Assembly: GCA_022826305.1 (NCBI GenBank)
Contig: JAJDVC010000250.1
Span: 1-42,371 of the forward strand
Length of the DNA: 42,371 nucleotides
Source: Gammaproteobacteria bacterium
Lineage (GTDB): Bacteria > Pseudomonadota > Gammaproteobacteria > Arenicellales > Poriferihabitantaceae
Direction: 5' to 3'
Shown: piece by piece, positions 11,301-19,441 of the stretch
How positions within the stretch are numbered: position 1 is the stretch's first letter
Layout of the letters: the number at the start of each line of letters is the position of its first letter
Notes under the pieces: generated by a model
What the model saw: the letters and a program-made list of their open reading frames with translations, nothing else
Databases searched by the model: none
What the model was told of the DNA's origin: nothing
Program-made: the position numbers and the translations under genes

Positions 11301-11515
11301 GCCAGCTTGTCCTCCTGAAGGTTGAGGATTTCCCGCTCGACTTCCGCCGGGGCCGCCCCGTGCCAGGTCGTGGTAACCGTGATGACCGGGCGGTTGACGT
11401 CCGGGGCCAGCTGTATGGGGATGGTCTGCAGGGCCACCAGGCCGAACAGGATCACCAGCAGTACGGCTGCGGTGACCGCGATCGGTCGTTGTATTGAAAT
11501 GCCGATAAGGTTCAT
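8342..11515 (-). CDS. RND efflux transporter permease, AcrB/AcrD/AcrF family
   Basis: 1057 aa. GMVVDAAIVVLENI, GIVVNNAILLV and RIRPIFMSTLT motifs. Two large periplasmic loops. Confidence 0.96.
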   Translation of the reverse strand: MNLIGISIQRPIAVTAAVLLVILFGLVALQTIPIQLAPDVNRPVITVTTTWHGAAPAEVEREILNLQEDKLAGLEGLKSITGQAESGQARVTLEFKVGNNMDRALLLVANRLDRVTGYPDEAEQPTLEIAGSEDTAIAWFILTRQDGIERPIHQFGDFVNDIVKERLERVPGVGRINVYGVSERQIHIQIEPSLLARYQLTIGQVTRALRTANISIGAGNIDEGKRRYVVRTQGELNTLDRIREVMIRSTDGRGSLGRVRLDDIATVEFGYETPRASIRLLGDAALAMSAERQTGANVIETMQGLRSAVDELNLHVIPDSGLQLQQVYDETVYINSAIDLVQQNIWVGGSLAALILLLFLRSARATIIISMAIPVSVIGAFVAMAALGRSINVISLAGLAFAVGMVVDAAIVVLENIYRLRESGHSTLRAAYLGAQQVWGAVLVSALTTIMVFIPVLVMELEAGQLFRDIAVAISVSVILSLLVSVSVIPALSNALLGGRRPGKRLRLPIMDWCGALFVRAILGFAGSVTRSRMLALLVVCCVTALASYSAYRMVPKLEYLPEGNRNLLFGIIIPPPGYNLRTMTDIAEGIESATRHLWASENPAGAEPDSPPQIERFFFVATPSRTFLGAVAVQPERVAELKPILSRPVFREPGTFGFITQPSIFGRGIGGGRKIELDISGADIERIIQVAGQAFGLVASQFPREEGNEWRPVPGLELGAPEVRVIPDQLRLSDSGLNATELAQTIDSFNDGLRVSQSTVDGKLMDVMLKGHASAVMQTQGIDNLPIVTPQGHIVPVSSLSEIVLTSGPTEIRHRERFRTITLEVRPNPGIPLETAIDQLRTGVVEPLEKQGLPDGIKLNISGTADKLVETRNAMAVNLILALIIIFLVMAVLFESFVYPLIIMLSVPVAAAGGFAGLALLNQVGYQPLDMLTMLGFIILVGIVVNNAILLVHQTLHHIRREDMAPDEAIRTATRHRIRPIFMSTLTSVFGMLPLVLFPGAGSELYRGLGSVVVGGLSLSAVITLVIVPPMMALLMAPLEGRYRKRSSTEAEAVPE

Positions 11516-11525
11516 CGGCGGGGTG

Positions 11526-12650
11526 TCACTGGCTCCACTGCGACTGTCCGACCGTGACGGCCTGCCCGGGAGTCAGCCGTTCGTTGCCCCGGATGATCAC
11601 CTGGTCGCCCTCGGACAGGCCGCCAAGCACTTCCACCCGATCGCCTATGGCTTCTCCGGTAACGATTGTACGAAGGAGCGCCTGACCTTCTTCGGCGACA
11701 TAGACAAGCGTCTGGTTGCCCCGCTGTATCAGGCCATCCTTGTGAGTGGAGAGAATCTGACGCGCCTGCCCGGCCGGCAGTTCGACGACGACGCTCTGCT
11801 CGGTGGCCAGTATGCCGCTGTCTTCCTGCCAGGTTATCGAGAAGCGCACGCGACGGGTCCGGGTCCGGGGATTCTCCTGGGGCACCACGGCACGGACATG
11901 CGCAGTGTGTCGGCTGCCGTTGTCCAGCACCACGGATACCTGCGTGCCGGGAGGAATCCCCGCAATCTGCCTGTACGGCACATCCGCCTCCAGTTCGAGT
12001 TCTCCGTCGGAAACCAGGGAAACCACCGCCTGGCCTACCCGCAGGTAGCTGCCGATCTCGGTATCCTTGCCTACCACCGTACCACCGTAGGGCGCCAGGA
12101 CCTCGCTGTACCGGAGCTTCAGGTCTACCAGGGCGATGCTCGCCTGCGTGCTGGCGACGGCGGTTTCGGCTTCCTCTACCCGTGCGCTTGCAATGGTCTG
12201 CTGCTGCTGCGCATCGTCATAGGATGCCTGGCTGACGGCTGCCGAGCTTTGCAACCGTGCAAGCCGGTCAACTTCCTGGCTGGCCAGCTTGAGCAGGGAC
12301 CGCGCCACGTTCAGGCGCGCCCGGGCCTCCTTGCGACGGACCGTGGCCTGGGCCTTTTCCAGTTCCAGTTCGGTCGTGTCAATGCGTGCCAGCAACTGGC
12401 CCTTGTCAACCCGGTCGCCAATACGGACCAGCAGTTCCAGGACCGGTCCTTCCACGCGCGATGCGACAGTGCCCGCGTATCTCGCCACCAGGCGGCCGAT
12501 TACCGGGGCGGTCTGGCCGAACTGCTGCCTGATTACCCCGTCGACCGATACCGGTGCGGCATGTTGCGCCCAGGAACCGGATATCGCAACCAGCAACATG
12601 CACAGCCCCGCTACCCAGGCATAAGTCCAGTATGTGTTCGTGCGCACCAT
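11526..12650 (-). CDS. RND efflux periplasmic adaptor (MFP) subunit
   Basis: N-terminal hydrophobic anchor, lipoyl-like VRIGDRVDKGQLLA, coiled hairpin, APYGG and GLSEGDQVIIRG. Start placed at ATG 12650. Confidence 0.92.
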   Translation of the reverse strand: MVRTNTYWTYAWVAGLCMLLVAISGSWAQHAAPVSVDGVIRQQFGQTAPVIGRLVARYAGTVASRVEGPVLELLVRIGDRVDKGQLLARIDTTELELEKAQATVRRKEARARLNVARSLLKLASQEVDRLARLQSSAAVSQASYDDAQQQQTIASARVEEAETAVASTQASIALVDLKLRYSEVLAPYGGTVVGKDTEIGSYLRVGQAVVSLVSDGELELEADVPYRQIAGIPPGTQVSVVLDNGSRHTAHVRAVVPQENPRTRTRRVRFSITWQEDSGILATEQSVVVELPAGQARQILSTHKDGLIQRGNQTLVYVAEEGQALLRTIVTGEAIGDRVEVLGGLSEGDQVIIRGNERLTPGQAVTVGQSQWSQ

Positions 12651-12758
12651 GTCTGACGGATCGGCTTGTCTGAACCGTCTATTGTACCAGCGGAAGCCGG
12701 CGATACCGCCCTTCAGAAAGTAAAGACCATGGAGATTGACAAGGAAAACCGCGATCCG

Positions 12759-13068
12759 ATGGTTGCCGCGGATGCCCGCACAGCCGTTGCCCTGCATGCT
12801 CTCCCCTGGTCACGCACACGACGCGACCCGCCAACTGGTCCGGGCGCGGGGTTTCAGGCCGGTGGTGCCGCCGAAGCGCAATCGGTGCGCACCCCGGCAA
12901 TACGACGAGGCATTGTACCAGCGGCGCAACGAGATCGAGTGCCTGTTCCGACGCCTCGAGGGCTTTCGCAGGGTCTGATCGCGCTTCGACAGGCTTGATG
13001 TCATCTTCCTCGGCTTCGTTACCTTCGCACTCATCATCGAATTCCTGAGCTTGCGGCAACAAGCCCTG
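12759..13068 (+). mobile_element. IS5-family (IS427-group-like) transposase remnant, 3' part with degenerate right end
   Basis: Reads MVAADARTAVA (frameshift) LSPGHAHDA (internal deletion) TRQLVRARGFRPVVPPKRNR...YDEALYQRRNEIECLFRRLEGFRRV*SRFDRLDVIFLGFVTFALI. YxxRNxIExxFxRLK is the IS5 C-terminal signature. In-frame TGA at 12976-12978. Confidence 0.85.
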
Positions 13069-14221
13069 GCCGGACTGGACTTTTTCCATCAGTTTCGGCA
13101 GGAAGATAGCCGTGACGCCATTCCCGGCCGGGAACTCATCTTCGCCGCTGTACACAATGAACCTGCGCGTGGCGCCGACGTCTCCGCAAGTCTGGCTGAA
13201 GCGCTTTCCCGGCCTGGGTGCGACACCGTGCCTGATTTCCGAGGACGGCATCCTGATGACAAGATCAATTTCCGCACCGGCAGCCGTGCGGTAACAACGG
13301 GTTTCTGCAAGGCACGGCAGGACAGAATGAATATTCTCCACCACGAAACCTTCCCAGCCTTTCCCCAGTAAGGGACTGGAAAGCAATGCGTCATGGCTGC
13401 CTATGCCGAGCAACCTGTGCTGGATACCGCTATCCCGAATATGGTAGCGCGGTGACTTCACCGGTCGTTTCCCGACATTGGCATGCCACGGCTCCAGACG
13501 CCTGACCAGCAACAGGCCGGCGAGAATGTCGATTTAGTGGTTGACGGCGGGGCGCTGTATTTCCAGGTTGCCTGCAAGCCTGCTGGTATTCACGGGCTCG
13601 CCCTGCAGATGCGCCAGCATCGTCCACAACCGACGCAACCGGCCGGCGGGGACCCGGAAATCCATCTGGGGAACGTCACGCTCAGCATAGGTACGGACCA
13701 GATCCTCCAGCCAGTACATGGCCATGTCATCAGTATCGGCGAGGTAGCTGTCTGGAAAGCCGCCACGCAGCCAGAGCCTGTTCAGGCATTCTCGACCATG
13801 GCCGGATTCAAGCATGTTCAATCCACCCATCTCGACATGGCTGATACGCCCTGCGAGGCGCTCCGATGGCTGGCGGAGCAGGTCCATCGATGCTGATCCC
13901 AGCAACAGAAACTGTGCGGTTTTCCTTCCTTCCTGCCTGTTCTCGTCAATCAAGCCGCGCAGAACCATGAACAGGTCCGGGCTACGCTGTATTTCATCCA
14001 GAATGATCAGCTTGTCCTTGTACGAACCAGGATAACTTTCCGGATCGCTCGGTTTCAGCAGGTCTCCCGGAACCTCCAGATCAAGGTAGACCGAGTCCGT
14101 GCCTGCTGCCAGGGTCCTGGCAAGCGTTGTCTTGCCTGCCTGCCGCGCACCCCGCAGTGCAACTGGTGGGTGCGCGCTCGAGATTCTCCCGTAGCTTGCC
14201 TGTAATCCATCGAGCAATCAT
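13066..14221 (-). pseudogene. AAA+ ATPase with DUF4143 C-terminus, pseudogene
   Basis: ATG 14221 (MIARWITGKL) frameshifts near 14170 into PVALRGARQAGKTT. IILDEIQR, FLLLGSAS, LAGRI and LWLRGGFP follow. In-frame TAA at 13534-13536, then VKSPRYHIRDSG, WEGFVVE and YRTAAGAEIDLV. Confidence 0.85.
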
Positions 14222-14264
14222 GCCTTGTAATCTGTATCGAAAATATTCAACATGCAAGGCATGA
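14218..14264. promoter_or_regulatory. Inverted repeat overlapping the start codon of the AAA/DUF4143 gene (putative operator)
   Basis: TCATGCCTTG (14218-14227) and CAAGGCATGA (14255-14264) are perfect 10-bp inverted arms, 11/12 when extended. Confidence 0.45.
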
Positions 14265-14551
14265 ATCCTGATCTTCCTCAGCTGACCGGAATATGGAGCC
14301 TTGCGCCCCGAAAGATCGAATCCGGCAGATCAGGTCAATACCGAAGGATTCCCGTCGTGCCATGAGCATGACATCCGATACAGCGCCAGTACCGTGTACT
14401 TGACTCCGTGGATGGGAACTCATACAGTCAACCCCCTTGGCTGATGCCTGTATTCCACCAAAAGACGTTCGGTTGCCCTGAATGAAGTGTGCGTGCGGAT
14501 GGGGAGAGGTGCTCAGGCATTGTTCCACCTTCATGACGAACGAGAATCACC

Positions 14552-15151
14552 ATGAGGATAATCATCATAGGGGCCGGCGGTTCCGTCGGCAGCACGGCGG
14601 CAGAGGCGCTTGAAGGCCGGCATGAACTGATCCGTGTCGGTCGGCAATCAGGCGACATCCAGGTGAATATCGGCGATATCGGCAGCATCCGGGACATGTA
14701 CCGGCAGACCGGAAAGGTCGATGCCGTGATCGTCGCGGCAGGACACGGTCATTTCGGCCCGGTGGCGGAGATGAGCGGAGAGCAATGGATGAAGGGTATC
14801 TACCACAAGGCGCTGCCCCAGGTGAATGTGGTACTGGAGGGTATTCCATTTGTCAACGACGGCGGTTCCTTTACCCTGACCAGTGGCGTACTGAACCGTG
14901 ATCCGATTTCCGGGGGGACATGTTCCGCATCGGCAAACGGCGCGATTGACGGTTTCGTGCTGGGCGCTGCGGTGGACATGCCGCGAGGAATCCGGATCAA
15001 TTCCGTAAGTCCGGGATTGCTTCAGAATTCGGTGGAGCGGTTCAGGGGAAAGTTTCCGGGACACGATCCGGTATCCTCCAGGCGCGTCGGACTGGCGTAC
15101 TGCAAGAGTGTCGAGGGCGTGATCACCGGGCAGACCGTCCTCGTGGATTGA
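14552..15151 (+). CDS. Short-chain dehydrogenase (atypical short SDR)
   Basis: IIIGAGGSVG Rossmann motif, GKVDAVIVAAG, GGSFTLTSG, RGIRINSVSPG. Confidence 0.88.
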   Translation: MRIIIIGAGGSVGSTAAEALEGRHELIRVGRQSGDIQVNIGDIGSIRDMYRQTGKVDAVIVAAGHGHFGPVAEMSGEQWMKGIYHKALPQVNVVLEGIPFVNDGGSFTLTSGVLNRDPISGGTCSASANGAIDGFVLGAAVDMPRGIRINSVSPGLLQNSVERFRGKFPGHDPVSSRRVGLAYCKSVEGVITGQTVLVD

Positions 15152-15183
15152 GGCGGCCTGCCCCCGGAACACGGAGACCGGGA

Positions 15184-15564
15184 CTACAGCATTTCGTTTT
15201 CTTCCAGCACCCTGCGGGCCACCCTGAAGCATTCGAGTGCCTGCGGCACGCCGCAGTAGATGCCCACGACATGAACGATACCCCGGATCTGCTCCCTGGA
15301 GACACCGTTGCGGATTGCCCCCCGGCAGTGTATTTCCCATTCGTGCATTTTTCCGAGTGCTCCGATCATCGCCAGATTCATCATTGAGAGGGTCTTGGGG
15401 TCGATTGCGTCGTCTCCCCAGCCGAATCCCCAGCACCATGCGGTCATGGCTTCCTGGAAGGGGCGGGTGAAGTCATCCGCGTCGGCCAGATTCTTCTCCA
15501 CGTACTCTGCGCCGAGTGTTGCCTTGCGCTGGGCAAGCCCCTTGTCGAACAGGTCATTGTCCAT
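15184..15564 (-). CDS. Carboxymuconolactone decarboxylase family protein
   Basis: GLAQRKATLGAEYV, WCWGFGWG, HCRGAIRNGVS and IYCGVPQA are PcaC/CMD-like patterns. Confidence 0.88.
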   Translation of the reverse strand: MDNDLFDKGLAQRKATLGAEYVEKNLADADDFTRPFQEAMTAWCWGFGWGDDAIDPKTLSMMNLAMIGALGKMHEWEIHCRGAIRNGVSREQIRGIVHVVGIYCGVPQALECFRVARRVLEENEML

Positions 15565-15908
15565 AGCGTGTCTCCGGTAGAGATGGTCTTGGTAAAATGG
15601 ATCATGGAGTATATAGCCGATCCGGAAATAATCCTATTCAGAGCGTTGTTCATCTGCAATTCCCGCTGGCGGTGGATAATGGCTGTTCGGGGATGTGTTA
15701 GCAGGGTTTTCCCCGCGTACAGGACTGTTCAGGGAACCGGAATCTGACTTGCAGGGTGAACTGCAGTGATCGTTGCTTCCGATTTGGACTATGATATGAT
15801 TTATGGTAGCTGTAGAAAAAGATCGCTGAATTATGCTGTTGACCAATTACCCGGTGGTAGAAATTCCTGATTCGTCCGTTGATCATGAGGTCGGTTTCCC
15901 GGGGAACG

Positions 15909-16145
15909 ATGAAAGCCTGTAAAGCAAGGGAGAAATCCGTTGTGGTCCGGCAAGGAAAAAACGCACTGCAACCCCCCGATATACATGGTTTTCCAAAGGA
16001 TTGGCGCGATCGGATCAGGGCGGATCTGTCGGCACAGCTGGAGGCTGGTGGAACCCTTTATGGAGTACGGTCAGACGGGGCCTACATTGCACGCACCCGG
16101 GGTGGAGACAGGGTTCTCAGACCACCTGACAGGAAATCCTCCTGA
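15909..16145 (+). CDS. Small hypothetical protein, putative partner/antitoxin of the downstream zeta-like ATPase
   Basis: ATG 15909 preceded by GGGGAA. 78 aa. Ends 24 bp before the P-loop gene. Confidence 0.5.
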   Translation: MKACKAREKSVVVRQGKNALQPPDIHGFPKDWRDRIRADLSAQLEAGGTLYGVRSDGAYIARTRGGDRVLRPPDRKSS

Positions 16146-16169
16146 CCTGCCGGTACCGGACCTGCGACC

Positions 16170-16730
16170 ATGCCTACTCTGCATGTGGTTGCCGGCCCCA
16201 ACGGTTGCGGCAAGTCAACATTGACTCGCATGAAGGGGTTTGATGGGCTGGAACCTATTGACCCTGACAGGATTCTGCGCGGTATGGTGTCCGGCACACC
16301 TCCACAAGCAGCCCGGAAGGCGTTACGCCTGAGATGGGTGGCGCTTGTTGAAAGAAAGTCATGTCTGGTGGAAACCACTCTCGCCGGTTTGGGTATTTTG
16401 AAACATATGAAAGATGCGCGGCGAAAGGGCTACCGGATTATCCTCCACTATATCTCCGTCGATTCCCCGGAACAGGCGCTTGATCGTATCCGCAACCGCG
16501 TCGCACTCGGTGGTCATGGTGTACCAGAGGCCGATGTTCGGCGGCGCTTCACCCGCTCATTGATCAATTTGCATGCAGCGGTCGAACAAGCGGATGAGGT
16601 ACTACTATATGACAACACGGACCCTGACCATCCGCACCGTGAAGTCGCGGTTCGCTGGACAGGGAATTGGTGGGTTGCAGAAGTTATTCCTGGCTGGGCT
16701 GATGCGGTCTTGGTTAATGCGTTTCGATGA
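16170..16730 (+). CDS. Zeta-toxin-like P-loop kinase/ATPase (COG4185-like)
   Basis: VVAGPNGCGKST, IDPD, ETTLAG, RVALGGHGVPEADVRRRF..SL.NL and LYDNT. Confidence 0.88.
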   Translation: MPTLHVVAGPNGCGKSTLTRMKGFDGLEPIDPDRILRGMVSGTPPQAARKALRLRWVALVERKSCLVETTLAGLGILKHMKDARRKGYRIILHYISVDSPEQALDRIRNRVALGGHGVPEADVRRRFTRSLINLHAAVEQADEVLLYDNTDPDHPHREVAVRWTGNWWVAEVIPGWADAVLVNAFR

Positions 16731-16783
16731 TGTTTATAACGATATCGGATGTTTTCACGAACTCAGACGGATCAGCCACTTCA

Positions 16784-17020
16784 ATGAACGAATGTTTTAA
16801 GTCGAGTGATCGGGTAGTTCTATTGGATCAGGCCATAGTCCAGGACATGGAAGAAGTGCAATTCGTTAATCATCAATTCCAACGTCTAGTGGCCATAAAT
16901 AAACGGTTTGTTAGCTGCAATTTTAGATACTCGGAATTTGATGCTGCATATATCAGGAAGTGCATATTCGATTCATGCGATTTCACGAGGTGTAGATTTA
17001 CTAATTCCAATTTCCGTTGA
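16784..17020 (+). pseudogene. Pentapeptide-repeat protein N-terminal fragment (HalA-like effector, truncated)
   Basis: FQRLVAINKRFVSCNFRYSEFDAAYIRKCIFDSCDFTRCRFTNSNFR* has F/I every fifth residue. It stops abruptly where NTase sequence begins. AT-rich. Confidence 0.65.
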
Positions 17021-17605
17021 TTCAGACATTGATCTATTAGCTTTAGTTGAAGTTGAAGGATTTGATCAAAATATCGATCCCGATAAATTTTCGATCTATT
17101 CGTACAAACGAATTCAGGAACTATGGACCGCAGGAAATGCATTTGCATGGCACCTATCACTAGAGAGTAAGCTAATTTTACAGAGAGTGGAGAAGACTTT
17201 TTAAAAAGTTTAGGCCGGCCTTCCAGATACGCCAGTGCAGTCAACGATTGTTACAGATTTTTTGAGATTTTCGAGTCAGCTTGCTTGGCCATCAAACATG
17301 GAACGCCAAGTCTAGTATTTGAACTATCGACGGTGTTTTTAGCTATAAGAAACATTGCAACATGCTATTCGTTAGCAAGTATGCGGAAGCCGATATTTGG
17401 AAGGGATTCCGCTCGCATGATCGGTTCAAAAAGTATCACTATATCGGAACACACTTATTCGATATTAATGCGTTCAAGACTGCTTTCAACTCGAGGCTTG
17501 GGTGACGATGTCTCAAATTATGATCTGTGCAACCTGTTGTCAGAACTTGAAGTATGTAGGCAGTGGATGAACAACTTGTGTACGGAGATTAAAAATCATG
17601 GATGA
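17016..17605 (+). pseudogene. Pol-beta-like nucleotidyltransferase (HalB-like), N-terminally deleted and frameshifted
   Basis: VDSDIDLL (DxD) ... FSIYSYKRIQELWTAGNAFAWHLSLESKLI. A missing T in the T4 run at 17176-17179 rejoins FTESGEDFLKSLGRPSRY...ELSTVFLAIRNIATCYSL...RSRLLSTRG, to stop 17605. No start codon and no GS motif. Confidence 0.7.
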
Positions 17606-17900
17606 ATTCGTAAATAGAATGAATACACAGAGGCATGTGTTAAATCTTGTAAATGGAAAAATTGACTTATCCGAGAAACTTTTTGGACTTTCATATAGTG
17701 CGATTCAACGATGGGCTTCAGCTAATCAACTGGACCTGTCTTCGGAAATAATATGTTTTCTGAGACAAATTTCATCAGATTTATTTTTCATTGCAACGCG
17801 TAGTCAAGAGCCCGTAAGTGCAGAATATAGATTTCGACGCCAACAGATCATTGGTTCAGTTTCTTCTCTTGAGCGTGCTTTACAAAATGAACCAGATTGA
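17598..17900 (+). CDS. Hypothetical 100-aa protein, third gene of the pentapeptide/NTase cassette
   Basis: GGAG RBS before ATG, 8-bp overlap with the NTase stop, same low GC, intact ORF. Confidence 0.7.
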   Translation: MDEFVNRMNTQRHVLNLVNGKIDLSEKLFGLSYSAIQRWASANQLDLSSEIICFLRQISSDLFFIATRSQEPVSAEYRFRRQQIIGSVSSLERALQNEPD

Positions 17901-18224
17901 CTCCCATGCCTGTCCCAAGCCACGCTCGAAGCCATCGCCTCTGTTCCGTTTCGGATTTTAATGATCTGCTGTCTTTGGTCTTTATACTAACCTCCAGCTG
18001 AATTCCGCCGTGATGTAGTCGTACTGCTTACTATTCATAAATACTTATCGTTTTAATACGTGACTTATCTGTAACAGGATTCTAGACACTTCCACATGTT
18101 TTCCATATTGGATTTGTGCTGTTAGCCGGGGTCTGGCAAATGACCATTCTCTGTACTCCGGAAATCAGGTCCACAAAATGATCATGTTATCATGCCTTCA
18201 ATCTACGTGATCTATCTCTGATTC

Positions 18225-19441
18225 ATGGCCGAAATCGACCTGTTAAATCTTTTCCATCCAGGTACAGGAAGTATTCCCCCGCACCTTGCGGGTCGTGATA
18301 CAGAGAAATCGTTTTTTCGAAATCAATTCAGCAACCTGCATTGCGACATTCAGTCGATCAGGACATGATTCTCTACGGGCCGCGCGGCAACGGCAAGACA
18401 TCGATGCTCCGTCATTTCACAATTAACTGTGAATGTGACGGTGTACTGCCTGCCATCATGTGGATGACGCCGAATCGCATGCGTTCCCTGAAAGACATGA
18501 CTACGGCAATTGCCAGTCAGGACAAGAGCCTCCTGCATGAATTTTCTCCTGTTGCCGCGTCGATTGATGTGGGGATCGCCAAGCTTGGTACCGAAGTTGA
18601 AATTGCTGAAAGATCGTCTTTCTTCAAGGACATTCTGGCGGCCACATGTTCCAGGAAGCCTTCTGTCCTGATCGTCGATGAAGCACATGAATTGGAACCG
18701 GGTATCGCCAACGACCTTCTGAATGCAAGCCAGGAACTACGGTCGAGTCCTGATACGCCTTTTTTTCTCGTGCTGGCGGGCACACCTGGCCTTGTAGGCC
18801 TGCTTCAACAGGCGCATTCAAGCTTCTGGGAAAGGAATGCTGTTTTTCAGGTTGGTCGCCTTTCCGCAGAGGATGCCGCGGATGCCTTGACACGGCCATT
18901 GACTTCCGCAGGCATCGCTTTCGACGGCGATATTGCAGCGGCCGTCGTCGATGGGTCTCACTGCTACCCGTATTTTATTCAGATATGGGGGCAGCAGATT
19001 GCCTTCGACTTGCACGATACCGGGGAGCGTTCTGTGTCCAGCAACACCCTTGCACGGATTGAGCATAAAGTCATGGACAGTATCAATGACTTGTACTCTC
19101 TGCGTTACGAAGAGTTATTCAATGCAGGTTTACTTGATACCTCTGAGCATATCGCCCTGTTTTTCGATGATTCCGGCGCGGAGGATATTACGCTTTCTGA
19201 TATCACATCTGTTGTAAGACATTCACACGGCCATCAGGGGGGCGATACGGCAGATACTTCCATCAAGAATACTATAGACAAGCTTTCCTCCACTGGCTTT
19301 ATCTGGCGGGTTCGCCCAAAAGGTTCCAAGTTCGCCTATTATGAGCCAGGCATTCCCAGCCTGATGAATTATGTTCTGGATAACATGCATCACAACAGGG
19401 AATTGTCACGCATCCCTCAAGGCCACAAGATAAAACCGTAA
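18225..19441 (+). pseudogene. AAA_16/archaeal-ATPase-like P-loop ATPase with C-terminal winged-helix-like region, frameshifted near its 5' end
   Basis: ATG 18225 gives MAEIDLLNLFHPGTGSIPPHLAGRD (NPFxPGxGxxPPxLAGR-type N-terminus) but stops at 18366-18368. Walker A GPRGNGKT, Walker B LIVDEAH, LAGTP and YPYFIQ lie in the other frame (18341-19441). Confidence 0.75.

Noticed and set aside
9725-11497. Long antisense ORFs (590 aa here; also 2045-3358, 11322-12656, 24868-26271, 38210-39448, 40958-42274)
   Set aside because: They are shadows on the opposite strand of well-supported genes, expected with GC-rich codon usage, and carry no recognisable motifs.
12681-12924. 13-bp direct repeat ATTGTACCAGCGG at 12681 and 12912
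   Set aside because: One copy lies inside the transposase coding remnant, so it is not a target duplication. It is compatible with chance.
17985-18127. ACTAAC ... GTTAGCC, resembling integron attC ends beside the AT-rich cassette
   Set aside because: The intervening sequence does not form the extended attC palindrome, there is no integrase, and the site is not repeated.
14217-18198. ATCATGCCTT shared near the starts of both ATPase genes
   Set aside because: A 10-mer match is expected by chance in 42 kb, and its orientation relative to the two genes differs.
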